A stretch of DNA of 64,000 bases from Ottowia sp. (GCA_052170415.1 JBQNAO010000003.1:43400-107399); one strand, 5' to 3'. Counted from the first letter of the stretch, positions 28,070 through 39,196 are shown. Program-made: numbers and translations. The notes: generated by a model from the sequence alone, not told the origin.

Positions 28070-29317
28070 TTGCTGCACACCATGAAACTGCCCCGCCACA
28101 CCTTCACCGTCCTTATCCTCGTCGCTTTCGTGGCCCTGCTGGGCTGGCTGGGCCGGCGCGAGCCCGTGCAACTGGCCCGCCTGGCCGCCGTCAGCCGGGG
28201 GCCGTTGCAGGAAAGTTTTGTGGAAGAGGGCAAAACGCGCCTGGCGCAGCGCTACGTCATCGCCGCGCCGCTGGCCGGCACGCTCGAGCGCATCACGCTG
28301 GAGCCGGGCGACGCCGTGCAGGCCGGGCAAACCGTGGCCGCCATCGCCCCGGCTGCCAGCGCCTTGCTGGACGACCGCGCCCGCGCCCAGGCCCGCGCCG
28401 AAGTGCGCAGCGGTCAGGCCAGCCAGAGCGCCGCGCGCCAGCGCATCAGCGCCGCCCGCGCCGCCAGCCAACTGGCCGCCGCCAGCCTGACGCGCGCGCG
28501 CGCCCTGCAAACCGGCCAGGTCGTCTCGCAAGAAGCCCTGGACAAAGCCGCCGCCGCTGCCGCCACCGCCGCCGCCGAGCTGGCCGCCGCGCAGGCCGAC
28601 GAGCAAGCCGCCGCCGCCCGCGTCGCTGCTGCCCAGGCCATCCTCGCCCACGAAGGCGCAGCCGCCCACTCCGCGCCCCTGCCCGTCACCGCCCCCGTGG
28701 CCGGCGTCGTCGTGCGCCGCCACCAGCAAAGCGCCACCCCCGTGGCCGCCGGACAAAGCCTGCTGGAAATCGGCGACGTGGCGCAGGTGGAAATCGAAGT
28801 GCCCGTGCTCTCTGCCGACGCCGTGCGCCTGCGCCCCGGCATGCGCGCGCGCGTGCTGCGCTGGGGCGGCCCCGGCGCTTTGCAAGCCAGCGTCACCCGC
28901 GTGCAGCCGGGCGCCTACACCAAGGTATCGGCCCTGGGCGTGGAAGAGCAGCGCACCCTCGCCATCCTGCGCATCGACACCGAACTGGCCCAGCGCCAGG
29001 CCCTGGGCGACGCCTATCGCGTGGAAGTGCAATTCATCACCGACGAGCAGGCCGACGCCGTGCAAGCGCCCGCCAGCGCCCTCGTGCGCCAAAGCGGCCA
29101 GAAAGACCGGGGCGCCAGCCCCCACGGCGACCCCGCCGCCGAACCGGGCTGGGCCATCTACCGCGTCACCGAAGGCCGCGCGCATCTCACCCCCGTCAAA
29201 GTCGGCCTGCGCTCGGACACCGCCGTGCAAATCCTCGAAGGACTGGCCCCCGGCGACACCGTCATCATCCAGCCCGACGACCGCATCCGCGACGGCGTGA
29301 AGATCAAGGGAACCTAA
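28070..29317 (+). CDS. HlyD-family periplasmic adaptor (membrane fusion protein)
   Basis: 415 aa. N-terminal TM, Ala-rich coiled-coil hairpin, and beta-barrel C-terminal region. The true start may be the ATG at 28082. Confidence 0.8.
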   Translation: MLHTMKLPRHTFTVLILVAFVALLGWLGRREPVQLARLAAVSRGPLQESFVEEGKTRLAQRYVIAAPLAGTLERITLEPGDAVQAGQTVAAIAPAASALLDDRARAQARAEVRSGQASQSAARQRISAARAASQLAAASLTRARALQTGQVVSQEALDKAAAAAATAAAELAAAQADEQAAAARVAAAQAILAHEGAAAHSAPLPVTAPVAGVVVRRHQQSATPVAAGQSLLEIGDVAQVEIEVPVLSADAVRLRPGMRARVLRWGGPGALQASVTRVQPGAYTKVSALGVEEQRTLAILRIDTELAQRQALGDAYRVEVQFITDEQADAVQAPASALVRQSGQKDRGASPHGDPAAEPGWAIYRVTEGRAHLTPVKVGLRSDTAVQILEGLAPGDTVIIQPDDRIRDGVKIKGT

Positions 29318-29338
29318 GCCGCCCGTCAATTGCCCATC

Positions 29339-29420
29339 AAATAAGCAGACCATGCCGCAGCGCCCGCCAGTGCTGCGATGAGCGCTCTGCTTTTAAGAGC
29401 AAACTGTGGATAACTTGCCT
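29339..29420 (-). repeat. DnaA-box intergenic repeat, copy D
   Basis: Reverse complement reads CAAGTTATCCACAGTTTGCTCTTAAAAGCAGAGCGCTCATCGCAGCACTGGCGGGCGCTGCGGCATGGTCTGCTTATTTGATGGGC. DnaA box at 29405..29413. Confidence 0.75.
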
Positions 29421-29584
29421 CCCGGCGACGCTTTTTCACCCCGCTGCCTACAATCGCCCCCCTTGCAAATCGGCCGCCTCCAGCGCCCTTGCGGCATTGG
29501 AAGCGGCCTTTTTCATGCCCGGCAGGCGACGCCCCCGCCCGCTGCGCGCATCTTTCACACCCTGGGGCCATGTCGAGGAAAACC

Positions 29585-30706
29585 ATGTACAAAAACCTCG
29601 CCGCCGCACTTGCGGCCGCTTGCGTTTGCCTTTCAGCCGCCGCGCCCGCCCGCGCGCAAACCCCCCCCGCCACCGAAGCCGCTGCGCCAGGCGCGGCCAG
29701 CGCCCCCCTGAAGGCCGCCTGGCTTTACATGTCCCCCGTGCCCGCCGCCGGCTGGACGCGCCAGCACGACGAAGCGCGCCAGCAGGCCGAGCGCGCCCTG
29801 GGCAGCCGCGTGCAAACCCTGGCCCTGCCCGACGTGGCCGAAAACCCGGCTGATGCCGAGCGCGTGCTGCGCGACCTGGCCCGCCAGGGGCAGCAAATCA
29901 TCTTCACCACCAGCTTCGGCTACATGCCCTCGGTGATGAAAGTGGCCGCCGAATTTCCGCAAATCAAATTCGAGTGCCTCACCTGCCTGCACACCGCCGA
30001 CAACGTGGCCGTGGCCAACGCCCGCTTCTACGAAGGCCGCTACCTGGCCGGCCTGGCCGCCGGGCGCATGAGCGCGCAAGGCGAAATCGGCTACGTGGCC
30101 GGCTTTCCCATCCCCGAAGTGCTGCAAGGCATCAACGCCTTCACCATCGGATTGCGCAGCGTGGCCCCGCAGGCGCGGGTCAAGGTCGTCTGGCTCAACG
30201 AATGGTTCAACCCCGCCCGCGAGCGCGACGCCGCCATCGCGCTGATGAACCAGGGCGCGGACGTGCTGGCCTTTCACACCGGCTCCACCGCCGTCATGGT
30301 GGCCGCGCAAGAGCGCGGAAAACTGGCCGTGGCCTACCACTCCGACATGAGCAGCATCGCCCCGCAGGCGCAGCTTCTGGCCGTCACCCACCAGTGGGGC
30401 AGCTACGAAGTGGCCCGCCTGCAAGCCGCGCTGGACGGCCGCTGGCGCAGCCAGCGCGTGTGGGGCGGCGTGAAAGAAGGAATGATTGCCGTCGGCCACT
30501 TCGGCCCGCGCGTGCCGCAAGCCGTGCGCGACGAAATCCTGGCCCGCCAACAAGACATCGCCAGCGGTCGCCTGCACCCCTTCACCGGCCCCCTGCGCGA
30601 CAACCAGGGCCGCGAACAACTGCCCGCCGGCCAAACCCTGAGCGACGAAGCCATCCAGAAAATGAACTGGCTGGCCGAAGGCGTGCAGGGCACTTTGCAG
30701 CCTTGA
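29585..30706 (+). CDS. BMP-family (PnrA/Med-like) ABC substrate-binding lipoprotein or periplasmic protein
   Basis: ATG at 29585 is preceded by GAGGAA. Signal peptide MYKNLAAALAAACVCLSAAAPARA. No cognate permease or ATPase is adjacent. Confidence 0.75.
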   Translation: MYKNLAAALAAACVCLSAAAPARAQTPPATEAAAPGAASAPLKAAWLYMSPVPAAGWTRQHDEARQQAERALGSRVQTLALPDVAENPADAERVLRDLARQGQQIIFTTSFGYMPSVMKVAAEFPQIKFECLTCLHTADNVAVANARFYEGRYLAGLAAGRMSAQGEIGYVAGFPIPEVLQGINAFTIGLRSVAPQARVKVVWLNEWFNPARERDAAIALMNQGADVLAFHTGSTAVMVAAQERGKLAVAYHSDMSSIAPQAQLLAVTHQWGSYEVARLQAALDGRWRSQRVWGGVKEGMIAVGHFGPRVPQAVRDEILARQQDIASGRLHPFTGPLRDNQGREQLPAGQTLSDEAIQKMNWLAEGVQGTLQP

Positions 30707-30765
30707 CCGGGCGCTGAATGCCTGCTGCCGGCGGCGGCCGCAGGCGTTGTTCATCAAGGCGTCAA

Positions 30766-31035
30766 TCAGACCTGCGCCGCCACCCACTCCTTGAGCGCCT
30801 GATCGATGCGGCCCTGCCAGCCCCTGCCGCCATCGCGAAAGTGCGCCAGCACCTCGGGCGAGAGCCGGATCGTGATGCGCTCCTTGACGGGCGCCTTGTT
30901 GGGGCCGCGCCCTGCGCGCAGCTTGACTTGCAGGCTGCCAAGCAGCGCTTGCAATGAAGCGGCCTGATCGAACATCTCATCCGTCCACTCGGGATTGACT
31001 TCGTCTGTCAGTTCAGGATTGGGTTTTTTGCTCAT
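30766..31035 (-). CDS. brnA: BrnA-family antitoxin
   Basis: 89 aa. ...ITIRLSPEVLAHFRDGGRGWQGRIDQALKEWV is typical of BrnA. It overlaps the upstream brnT by 23 nt. Confidence 0.85.
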   Translation of the reverse strand: MSKKPNPELTDEVNPEWTDEMFDQAASLQALLGSLQVKLRAGRGPNKAPVKERITIRLSPEVLAHFRDGGRGWQGRIDQALKEWVAAQV

Positions 31036-31288
31036 AACGGGCTTGCTCTCTCGAATTGGCCTTGCGCAGGCTGATCACGCGTATGCCTGTGGGCGTTTCA
31101 CTGAATACCAACGCATGCAGCCGCTCGCCAATCAGGCCCAGGGCGATCCAGCGCGTTTCGGGATACGGCTGGCGGCAGTCTTGCCAGATCAGCGCAGTTT
31201 CAAAGTCGAAAGCCCCCGCCAAATCAAACGGCAGCCCGCGCTCGCGAACATTGCGCGCGCTCTTGGCGGGGTCGAATTCGATCGTCAT
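31013..31288 (-). CDS. brnT: BrnT-family (DUF497) toxin
   Basis: 91 aa. MTIEFDPAKSARNVRERGLPFD...RVISLRKANSREQARY. Confidence 0.85.
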   Translation of the reverse strand: MTIEFDPAKSARNVRERGLPFDLAGAFDFETALIWQDCRQPYPETRWIALGLIGERLHALVFSETPTGIRVISLRKANSREQARYEQKTQS

Positions 31289-31348
31289 GCTTCATTTTAT
31301 TGTGCATACGTTTTGCCCGTTTTGACAGGCATTTAAACGCCGCCTGAC

Positions 31349-31432
31349 AAAAGTTATCCACAAATCACTCCGAAAACCATAGCGCTCTTCGCAGTGTTTA
31401 CGGGGCTTGCGGCCGGTTTGCTTATTTTTTGT
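31349..31432 (+). repeat. DnaA-box intergenic repeat, copy E
   Basis: AAGTTATCCACAAATCACTCCGAAAACCATAGCGCTCTTCGCAGTGTTTACGGGGCTTGCGGCCGGTTTGCTTATTTTTTG. DnaA box at 31354..31362. Confidence 0.85.
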
Positions 31433-31526
31433 GCGATTTATGGCACTGCCCGGCCTGCCCGGGTTATGGCGCATGGCGTCGGCATACTGCGCGGCTTTTT
31501 TCCCGCATTTCCCAGCGCTGTCATTC

Positions 31527-31757
31527 ATGAAAAAAATTCCGCGCCGCTTCAGCGGCATTGCCTTCACTTTTTACGCCACGGCCCTGATGGCGTTCATCAT
31601 GAGCGCCGTTTTAGTGGCGCTGAACACCGGCATTGATGGCGGCTGGTTACAGCGCACGCTGCGCTCTTACGTTCTGGCCTGGCCCATCGCTTTTGTCAGC
31701 CTGCTGCTGATACGCCCGCTGGTGTTCAAGCTGGTGGCCTGGACGGTGGCCGATTGA
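31527..31757 (+). CDS. DUF2798 small membrane protein
   Basis: Internal ATG gives MKKIPRRFSGIAFTFYATALMAFIMSAVLVALNTG... Confidence 0.65.
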   Translation: MKKIPRRFSGIAFTFYATALMAFIMSAVLVALNTGIDGGWLQRTLRSYVLAWPIAFVSLLLIRPLVFKLVAWTVAD

Positions 31758-31779
31758 GACTGCCCGCACAGGCAGGGCA

Positions 31780-31886
31780 ACTTATCCATAGAAAACTCCT
31801 GAAAGCATAGCGCCCTTCGCAGTATTTACGGGCGCTGTGGCCTTGTTGCTTGTTTGATAAGCAAAATCTTGTATCCAGATATGAAC
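31780..31886 (+). repeat. DnaA-box intergenic repeat, copy F (long form; box has one mismatch, TTATCCATA)
   Basis: CTTATCCATAGAAAACTCCTGAAAGCATAGCGCCCTTCGCAGTATTTACGGGCGCTGTGGCC...GATAAGCAAAATCTTGTATCCAGATATG. Confidence 0.85.
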
Positions 31887-31929
31887 TGTCTGCCCCCTCG
31901 ACAGGCCAGGCAGGACAATCGCCCCCGTC

Positions 31930-32748
31930 ATGTCCCACGGTTTTTCCAGCTCTTCTTCTGCGGCCGCCCTGCCTGGCTGGGGCGGCCCCATTCACACCCG
32001 GTTTGTGTTGATCGAGCCCAGTCATGCGGGCAATGTGGGCGCGGTGGCGCGGGCGATGAAGGTGATGGGGTTTGATGATTTGGTGCTGGTGCGCCCGCGC
32101 TGGCCCGATGTGTTGCAGCGGCCCGAGGCGCTGGAGCGCGCCAGCGGCGCGGCCGATGTGCTGGCGCGCGCGCGCTGCGTGCCCACGCTGGAGGAGGCCC
32201 TGCACGGCGTGCAGCATCTTTGCGCCACGGCCATGACGGCGCGCGATTTCGGCCCGCCCACGCGCGCGCCGCGCGAGCATTTCGCCCGCCTGCTGGCCGC
32301 CGCCGATGGCCCGCCGCCGGCGGCCGTGGCCCTGCTGTTTGGTTGCGAGCGCTATGGCATGAGCAATGCCGATGTGTATCGCTGCCATGTGGCGCTGCGC
32401 ATTCCCACGGCGGCCGATTACGGCTCGCTCAATCTGGCTGCGGCCGTGCAGTTGCTGGCCTATGACTGGCGGCAGGCCCTGCTGGCGCACGCGCAGGCCC
32501 ACGCGCAGGCGGCCATGCCGGAGCCTTTGGGCGATGAGGCCGATGCCGCGCAGGTTGCCGCCGCGCTGGCGCACTGGCAGCAGGCGCTGGTGGAAGTGGG
32601 CTTTCTCGATCCGACCGCGCCCAAAAAGCTCATGCCCCGGCTGCAACAGCTGGCCAACCGCGCCCGCCCCACGCAGCAGGAAATTCACATCCTGCGCGGC
32701 ATGGCCCGCGCCGTGCAGCAGGCCGCGGCCCGGCGGGCCGGCCCCTGA
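31930..32748 (+). CDS. trmJ: SpoU-family tRNA (cytidine/uridine-2'-O)-methyltransferase
   Basis: RFVLIEPSHAGNVGAVARAMKVMGF closely parallels the TrmJ N-terminus. 272 aa. Confidence 0.75.
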   Translation: MSHGFSSSSSAAALPGWGGPIHTRFVLIEPSHAGNVGAVARAMKVMGFDDLVLVRPRWPDVLQRPEALERASGAADVLARARCVPTLEEALHGVQHLCATAMTARDFGPPTRAPREHFARLLAAADGPPPAAVALLFGCERYGMSNADVYRCHVALRIPTAADYGSLNLAAAVQLLAYDWRQALLAHAQAHAQAAMPEPLGDEADAAQVAAALAHWQQALVEVGFLDPTAPKKLMPRLQQLANRARPTQQEIHILRGMARAVQQAAARRAGP

Positions 32749-32808
32749 AGGGACGAAAGCACAATGCCCCCGTTTCATCTGCATCACCCGAAAGGAAAAA
32801 CAGCTTCC

Positions 32809-34170
32809 ATGTCTGATCTGAAATATCTGCTGCCCGAAAACCGCCTGCCGCGCGCCTGGTACAACATTCAGGCCGATTTGCCCGAGCCGCTGCCGGCCGT
32901 GCTGCACCCGGGCAGCAGGCAGCCCATCACCGCCGATGACCTGGCCCCGCTTTTTCCGCAAAGCATCATCGAGCAGGAAGTGAGCCTGGCGCGCGAAATC
33001 GAAATTCCCGAGCCTGTGCGCGAGGTCTATCGCCTCTGGCGGCCCGCCCCGCTGCACCGCGCGCGCCGGCTGGAGCAGGCGCTGGGCACGCCCGCGCGCA
33101 TCTTCTACAAATACGAGGGCGTCAGCCCCGCCGGCAGCCACAAGCCCAACTCGGCCATCCCGCAGGCGTGGTTCAACGCGCAGGCGGGCGTCAAGCGCCT
33201 GACGACCGAAACCGGCGCGGGGCAGTGGGGCGCTTCGCTGGCGCTGGCCGGGCAAATCTTCGGGTTGGATGTGACCATCTTCCAGGTGCGCGTGAGCTAT
33301 GAGCAAAAGCCCTATCGCCGCGCCCTCATGCAAACCTACGGCGCGCGCTGCGTGGCCTCGCCCAGCGCCGAAACCGATTACGGCCGCCAGGTGCTGGCCG
33401 AGCGGCCCGATCACCCCGGCAGCCTGGGCATTGCCATCAGCGAGGCCGTGGAAGTGGCCGCGCGCAATGAAGACACCAAATACGCCCTGGGCAGCGTGCT
33501 CAACCACGTGCTGCTGCATCAAACCGTCATCGGCCTGGAGGCGATGGAGCAAATGCAAATGGCCGATGCCTGGCCCGATGTCGTAGTCGGCTGCACGGGC
33601 GGCGGCAGCAACTTTGGCGGCCTGGCCTTTCCCTTCATCGGCGAGGGCCTGCGCGGCGGGCGGCGGCCGCGCATCGTTGCCGTCGAGCCGGCGGCCTGCC
33701 CCACCCTCACGCGCGGGCGCTACGCCTATGACTTTGGCGACACCGCCCACCTCACCCCGATGGTGAAGATGCACACGCTGGGCAGCACCTTCACCCCGCC
33801 GGGCTTTCACGCCGGCGGCCTGCGCTATCACGGCATGGCCCCGCTGATCAGCCACGTCAAGGAGCTGGGCCTGATGGAAGCAGTGGCCTACACCCAGGGC
33901 GAATGCTTTGCCGCCGGCGTGCAATTTGCCCGCGCCGAAGGCATCGTGCCTGCGCCCGAGGCCAATCACGCCATCAAGGGCGCCATCGAAGAAGCCCTGC
34001 GCTGCAAGCGCGAAGGCCGCGCCGAAACCATCCTCTTTTGTTTGAGCGGCCACGGCCACTTCGACATGGCGGCCTATCAGGCCTACTTCGACGGCCAGCT
34101 CAAGGACGAGAAATACGACGAAAACGAGCTGGCCCAGGCGCTCTCGGGCCTGCCCGCCGTATCCGGCTGA
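32809..34170 (+). CDS. TrpB-like PLP enzyme (tryptophan synthase beta chain 2 family)
   Basis: Internal ATG gives [29 protein letters not shown]...[15 protein letters not shown] (PLP lysine), ...[11 protein letters not shown]. About 453 aa, as in TrpB2. Confidence 0.85.
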   Translation: MSDLKYLLPENRLPRAWYNIQADLPEPLPAVLHPGSRQPITADDLAPLFPQSIIEQEVSLAREIEIPEPVREVYRLWRPAPLHRARRLEQALGTPARIFYKYEGVSPAGSHKPNSAIPQAWFNAQAGVKRLTTETGAGQWGASLALAGQIFGLDVTIFQVRVSYEQKPYRRALMQTYGARCVASPSAETDYGRQVLAERPDHPGSLGIAISEAVEVAARNEDTKYALGSVLNHVLLHQTVIGLEAMEQMQMADAWPDVVVGCTGGGSNFGGLAFPFIGEGLRGGRRPRIVAVEPAACPTLTRGRYAYDFGDTAHLTPMVKMHTLGSTFTPPGFHAGGLRYHGMAPLISHVKELGLMEAVAYTQGECFAAGVQFARAEGIVPAPEANHAIKGAIEEALRCKREGRAETILFCLSGHGHFDMAAYQAYFDGQLKDEKYDENELAQALSGLPAVSG

Positions 34171-34184
34171 AAGCCGCCCGCGCC

Positions 34185-35288
34185 ATGCCACGCCCTATTC
34201 ACGCCCGCATCCACCCGGCCGCGCTGCGCCACAACCTGGCGCTCATGCAGCAGGCGGCCGCCGGCGCGCGCGTGTGGGCCGTGGTCAAGGCCAATGCCTA
34301 CGGCCACGGCATCGAGCGCGTGTTTGACGCCCTGCGCGGCGCAGACGGCTTTGCCCTGCTCGATCCGGCCGAGGCCGAGCGGGTGCGCCGCCTGGGCTGG
34401 CGCGGCCCCATCCTGCTGCTCGAAGGCGTGTTCGAGCCGCGCGATCTGGAGCTGTGCTCGCGCCTTCAGCTTTGGCACGTCATCCACTGCGACGAGCAGA
34501 TCGACTGGCTGGCCATGCACAAAACCCGGCAGCCCCAGCGCGTTTTCCTCAAGCTCAACAGCGGCATGAACCGCCTGGGCTTTGCCCCCGCCCGCTACCG
34601 CGCTGCCTATGCCCGCCTGGCCGCCCTGCCGCAGGTGCAGGAAATCTCGCACATGACCCACTTCGCCCACGCCGACGGCCCGCCCGGCGTGGCCGGGCAG
34701 CAGGCGCTGTTCGAGCGCGCCGTGCAGGGCCTGCCCGGCGAGCGCAGCCTGTGCAACAGCGCCGCCTTGCTGCGCCACCCCGAGGCCCACGGCGACTGGG
34801 TGCGCCCCGGCATCGCCCTGTATGGCAGCGCGCCCGACTGGCCCGAGCGCAGCGCCGCCCACTGGGGCCTGCAAGCGGCCATGAGCCTGCGCTCGCGCCT
34901 GATCGCCATCACCTGCGCCCAGCCCGGCCAAAGCGTGGGCTACGGCGGCGCTTACGCCGTGCGCCAGCCCACGCGCGTGGGCATCGTCGCTTGCGGCTAC
35001 GCCGACGGCTACCCCCGCCACGCCCCCAGCGGCACCCCCGTGCTCGTGGCCGGGCAGCGCACCCACACCCTCGGGCGCATCAGCATGGACATGCTGGCCG
35101 TGGACGTCACCCACATCCCCCAGGCCGCCATAGGCAGCAGCGTCACCCTCTGGGGCCAGGGCCTGCCCATAGACGAAGTGGCCCACAGCGCAGGCACCGT
35201 CGGCTACGAACTGATGAGCGCACTGGCTGCGCGCGTGCCCGTCACCGTGGATGAAGACGCGGACGAAGATAGCCCTCGATTTGCATAA
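34185..35288 (+). CDS. alr: Alanine racemase
   Basis: Internal ATG gives [18 protein letters not shown]...[11 protein letters not shown] (PLP-lysine motif). Confidence 0.88.
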   Translation: MPRPIHARIHPAALRHNLALMQQAAAGARVWAVVKANAYGHGIERVFDALRGADGFALLDPAEAERVRRLGWRGPILLLEGVFEPRDLELCSRLQLWHVIHCDEQIDWLAMHKTRQPQRVFLKLNSGMNRLGFAPARYRAAYARLAALPQVQEISHMTHFAHADGPPGVAGQQALFERAVQGLPGERSLCNSAALLRHPEAHGDWVRPGIALYGSAPDWPERSAAHWGLQAAMSLRSRLIAITCAQPGQSVGYGGAYAVRQPTRVGIVACGYADGYPRHAPSGTPVLVAGQRTHTLGRISMDMLAVDVTHIPQAAIGSSVTLWGQGLPIDEVAHSAGTVGYELMSALAARVPVTVDEDADEDSPRFA

Positions 35289-35368
35289 AAAACAGGCAAA
35301 CCGGCCACAGCGCCCGTAAATACTGCGAAGCGCGCTATCAAAATCAGAGAAATCTGTGGATAACTTGC
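35288..35368 (-). repeat. DnaA-box intergenic repeat, copy G
   Basis: Reverse complement reads AAGTTATCCACAGATTTCTCTGATTTTGATAGCGCGCTTCGCAGTATTTACGGGCGCTGTGGCCGGTTTGCCTGTTTTTT. DnaA box at 35355..35363. Confidence 0.9.
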
Positions 35369-35396
35369 GATTTTCGGGGCGGCGGCAGCCCCGCAA

Positions 35397-36155
35397 TCAG
35401 CCCCAGAACGCATCGCGCCCCGTCTTCAGAATCAGCGCGCCCACCACCACGATGAACACCCCGCGCACAAAACCCGCGCCGTGCCGCAGCGCCAGGCGCG
35501 TGCCGATCAGGCTGCCCGCCACATTGGCCGCCGCCATCGTCAGCCCCACCTGCCACCACACATGGCCCTTGGCCGCAAACAGCGCAATCGCTGCCACATT
35601 GGTCGCCACATTCAGCAGCTTGGCCGCCGCCGACGCATTCAAAAAGTCATAGCCCAGCACGCGCACGAAAAGAAAAATGAAAAAACTCCCCGTGCCCGGG
35701 CCGAAAAAGCCGTCATACCAGCCGATTGCCAGCCCGATCAGCGTAGCCGCCGCCTGCTCGCCCCGCAGCGCAAAGCGCGGCGCGTGCACCCGCCCCAGGT
35801 CTTTCTTTGCCAGCGTGTAAACCAGCACCGCCAGCAGCACCAGAGGCAGCAGGCGGCGCAAAAAGTCCGCGCTTGCCTGCGTCACCGTCCACGCCCCCAG
35901 CGCCGAGCCGCCCAGCGCCGCCGCGCAAGCGGGCAGCAGCGCCGCCCAGCGCATGTGCACCCGGCGGCTGTATTGCACGCTGGCCATCAGCGTGCCCCAG
36001 ACCGAGGCGCTCTTGTTCGTGCCCAGCAGCGTCGCCGGCGCGGCCGCCGGAAAAGTGGAAAACAGCGCCGGCACCAGCACCAGCCCCCCGCCGCCGACGA
36101 TGGCATCCACCAAACCCGCCAGCAGCGAGGCAACCGAGACGATGAGCAAATCCAT
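35397..36155 (-). CDS. TauE/SafE-family sulfite/anion exporter
   Basis: Internal ATG gives MDLLIVSVASLLAGLVDAIVGGGGLVLVPALF. About 252 aa, polytopic. Confidence 0.8.
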   Translation of the reverse strand: MDLLIVSVASLLAGLVDAIVGGGGLVLVPALFSTFPAAAPATLLGTNKSASVWGTLMASVQYSRRVHMRWAALLPACAAALGGSALGAWTVTQASADFLRRLLPLVLLAVLVYTLAKKDLGRVHAPRFALRGEQAAATLIGLAIGWYDGFFGPGTGSFFIFLFVRVLGYDFLNASAAAKLLNVATNVAAIALFAAKGHVWWQVGLTMAAANVAGSLIGTRLALRHGAGFVRGVFIVVVGALILKTGRDAFWG

Positions 36156-36261
36156 GATGAAACCGGGCCAGTTCACGCCGCCCGGCCACAAGCGCGGGCG
36201 GCGTGCGGGCGGCGCAGGAAAAAACGCAAAGGAAAACGCGGAAAAACGCAGGGGAAAACCG

Positions 36262-36297
36262 CAAAGAAAAATGGGCGTCACCACAAGTGACGCCCAT
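36262..36297 (-). terminator. Strong rho-independent terminator (minus strand)
   Basis: Minus strand reads ATGGGCGTCAC-TTGTG-GTGACGCCCAT then TTTTTCTTTG. 11-bp stem. Confidence 0.75.
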
Positions 36298-36591
36298 GTA
36301 AAACCCGCCGTAGCGGGACGCTTCATGCAAATTTGACGATCAGCTCACCCTGCTGGTGGGGGCCTGGGCGGGCTGAAACTTGTCTCTCACGTTCAGTCTC
36401 CTCGGTTCCCTCGCGGCGCCTGCCCTGATGCGGCCAGGGCAGCATTGCGATGAGCAGGACTGTATCGCCTGCCGGCCGCGCCATCCATCGGGATTTGCCC
36501 GATGGCGGGTTTGCGCTGGCGGTGTTCAGCTTGTGGCGGCCCGGGGGCGGACTTTGGGGTTTTGCCGCCCTTGTCCGGACGCGATCGCCAT

Positions 36592-36624
36592 GAAAAAACG
36601 CGCCTTTTTGGGCGCGTTTTTGGG
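36592..36624 (-). terminator. Terminator downstream of argG (bidirectional shape)
   Basis: AAAAAACGCGCC-TTTTTG-GGCGCGTTTTT. Confidence 0.8.
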
Positions 36625-36638
36625 GCAAGCGCTGCCGC

Positions 36639-38126
<1,488 letters not shown>

Positions 38127-38142
38127 CTACATTTGCCCGCCT

Positions 38143-39015
38143 ATGCATGAACAGGCCCCTGAATCTTCTTCCCTGCTCGCGCCCGCGCTGGCCGTGATCG
38201 GCGCGGTGTCGGCGCTGGCGCTGGGCACGTCGTTTGCCAAGTCGCTGTTTCCGCTCATCGGCGCGCAGGGCACGAGCGCCTTGCGCGTGGGGCTGTCGGC
38301 GCTGGCGCTGCTGGCGCTGTGGCGGCCGTGGCGCTGGCCGCTGGCGCGCGCCGATGCAGGCGCGTTGCTGCTGTACGGGCTGGCGCTGGGGGGCATGAAC
38401 GTCATGTTCTACATGGCCCTGCGCAGCATTCCGTTTGGCGTGGCGGTGGCCATCGAGTTCACCGGCCCGCTGGCCGTGGCCATGTATTACTCGCGCAAGC
38501 GGCTGGACTACCTGTGGATTGCGCTGGTCATGCTCGGGCTGGGCCTGCTGCTGCCGCTGGGGCCGGCGGCGGGGCAGGGCGCGCAGGCGCTGGATGTGGC
38601 CGGCTACGGCTGGGCGCTGGGTGCGGCGGCGTGCTGGGGGGCCTACATCGTGTTCGGCAAGCGGGCGGGGCACCTGCACGCGGGGCATTCGGTGTCGCTG
38701 GGGCTGCTGGCGGCTGCGCTGGTGGCCGTGCCGGTGGGCGTGGCGCACGCGGGCGCGGCGCTGCTGGAGCCGAAAGTGCTGCTGCTGGGGCTGGGCGTGG
38801 CCATTGTGTCGAGCACCATTCCGATGTCGCTGGAGATGTATGCGCTCAAGCGCCTGCCGCGCCAGACCTTCGGAATCATGCTGAGCCTGGAGCCGGTGGT
38901 GGCCGCGCTGGCCGGCATGCTGGTGCTGGGCGAGATGCTGACGCCGAAGCAATGGCTGGCCATAGGCTGCGTGATGGCGGCTTCGATTGGCAGCATTGCC
39001 TCGGCGCGCAAGTAG
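38143..39015 (+). CDS. rhtA: EamA-family threonine/homoserine exporter
   Basis: Internal ATG. FAKSLFPLIGAQGTSALRVGLSAL, EFTGPLAVA and LEMYALKRLP closely parallel E. coli RhtA. Confidence 0.8.
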   Translation: MHEQAPESSSLLAPALAVIGAVSALALGTSFAKSLFPLIGAQGTSALRVGLSALALLALWRPWRWPLARADAGALLLYGLALGGMNVMFYMALRSIPFGVAVAIEFTGPLAVAMYYSRKRLDYLWIALVMLGLGLLLPLGPAAGQGAQALDVAGYGWALGAAACWGAYIVFGKRAGHLHAGHSVSLGLLAAALVAVPVGVAHAGAALLEPKVLLLGLGVAIVSSTIPMSLEMYALKRLPRQTFGIMLSLEPVVAALAGMLVLGEMLTPKQWLAIGCVMAASIGSIASARK

Positions 39016-39016
39016 A

Positions 39017-39196
39017 TCAGTCGCCCTGCCAGTTCTGCCAGCCCTGGCGGGCCAGTTGCCGGCGCAGGGCGGCCTTGTCGGCGCTGCGCTGCGCGCCGGC
39101 GCTGCGCTCGTGCCGCCCGGCCGCGCCGGAGGAGCGCCGCGCGGCCAGGGCCAGGGCAATGTGGTTGCGCGGGGCGGTTTTGGCTTTCTTGCTCAT
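39017..39196 (-). CDS. Small basic protein (59 aa), unassigned
   Basis: Hand-translated as MSKKAKTAPRNHIALALAARRSSGAAGRHERSAGAQRSADKAALRRQLARQGWQNWQGD*. It falls below the ORF-track length cut-off and starts 15 nt after repeat copy H. Confidence 0.4.
   Translation of the reverse strand: MSKKAKTAPRNHIALALAARRSSGAAGRHERSAGAQRSADKAALRRQLARQGWQNWQGD

Noticed and set aside
25631-29353. 1240-aa minus-strand ORF, the longest in the track.
   Set aside because: It is antisense to three well-supported genes (FtsX permease, HlyD adaptor). Its sequence is Gly/Ala/His/Arg/Gln low complexity with no motifs. This is the typical stop-codon-poor antisense frame of G+C-rich DNA.
31726-34191. 821-aa minus-strand ORF.
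   Set aside because: It is antisense to trmJ and the TrpB2-like gene, which carry clear catalytic motifs. Same compositional artefact.
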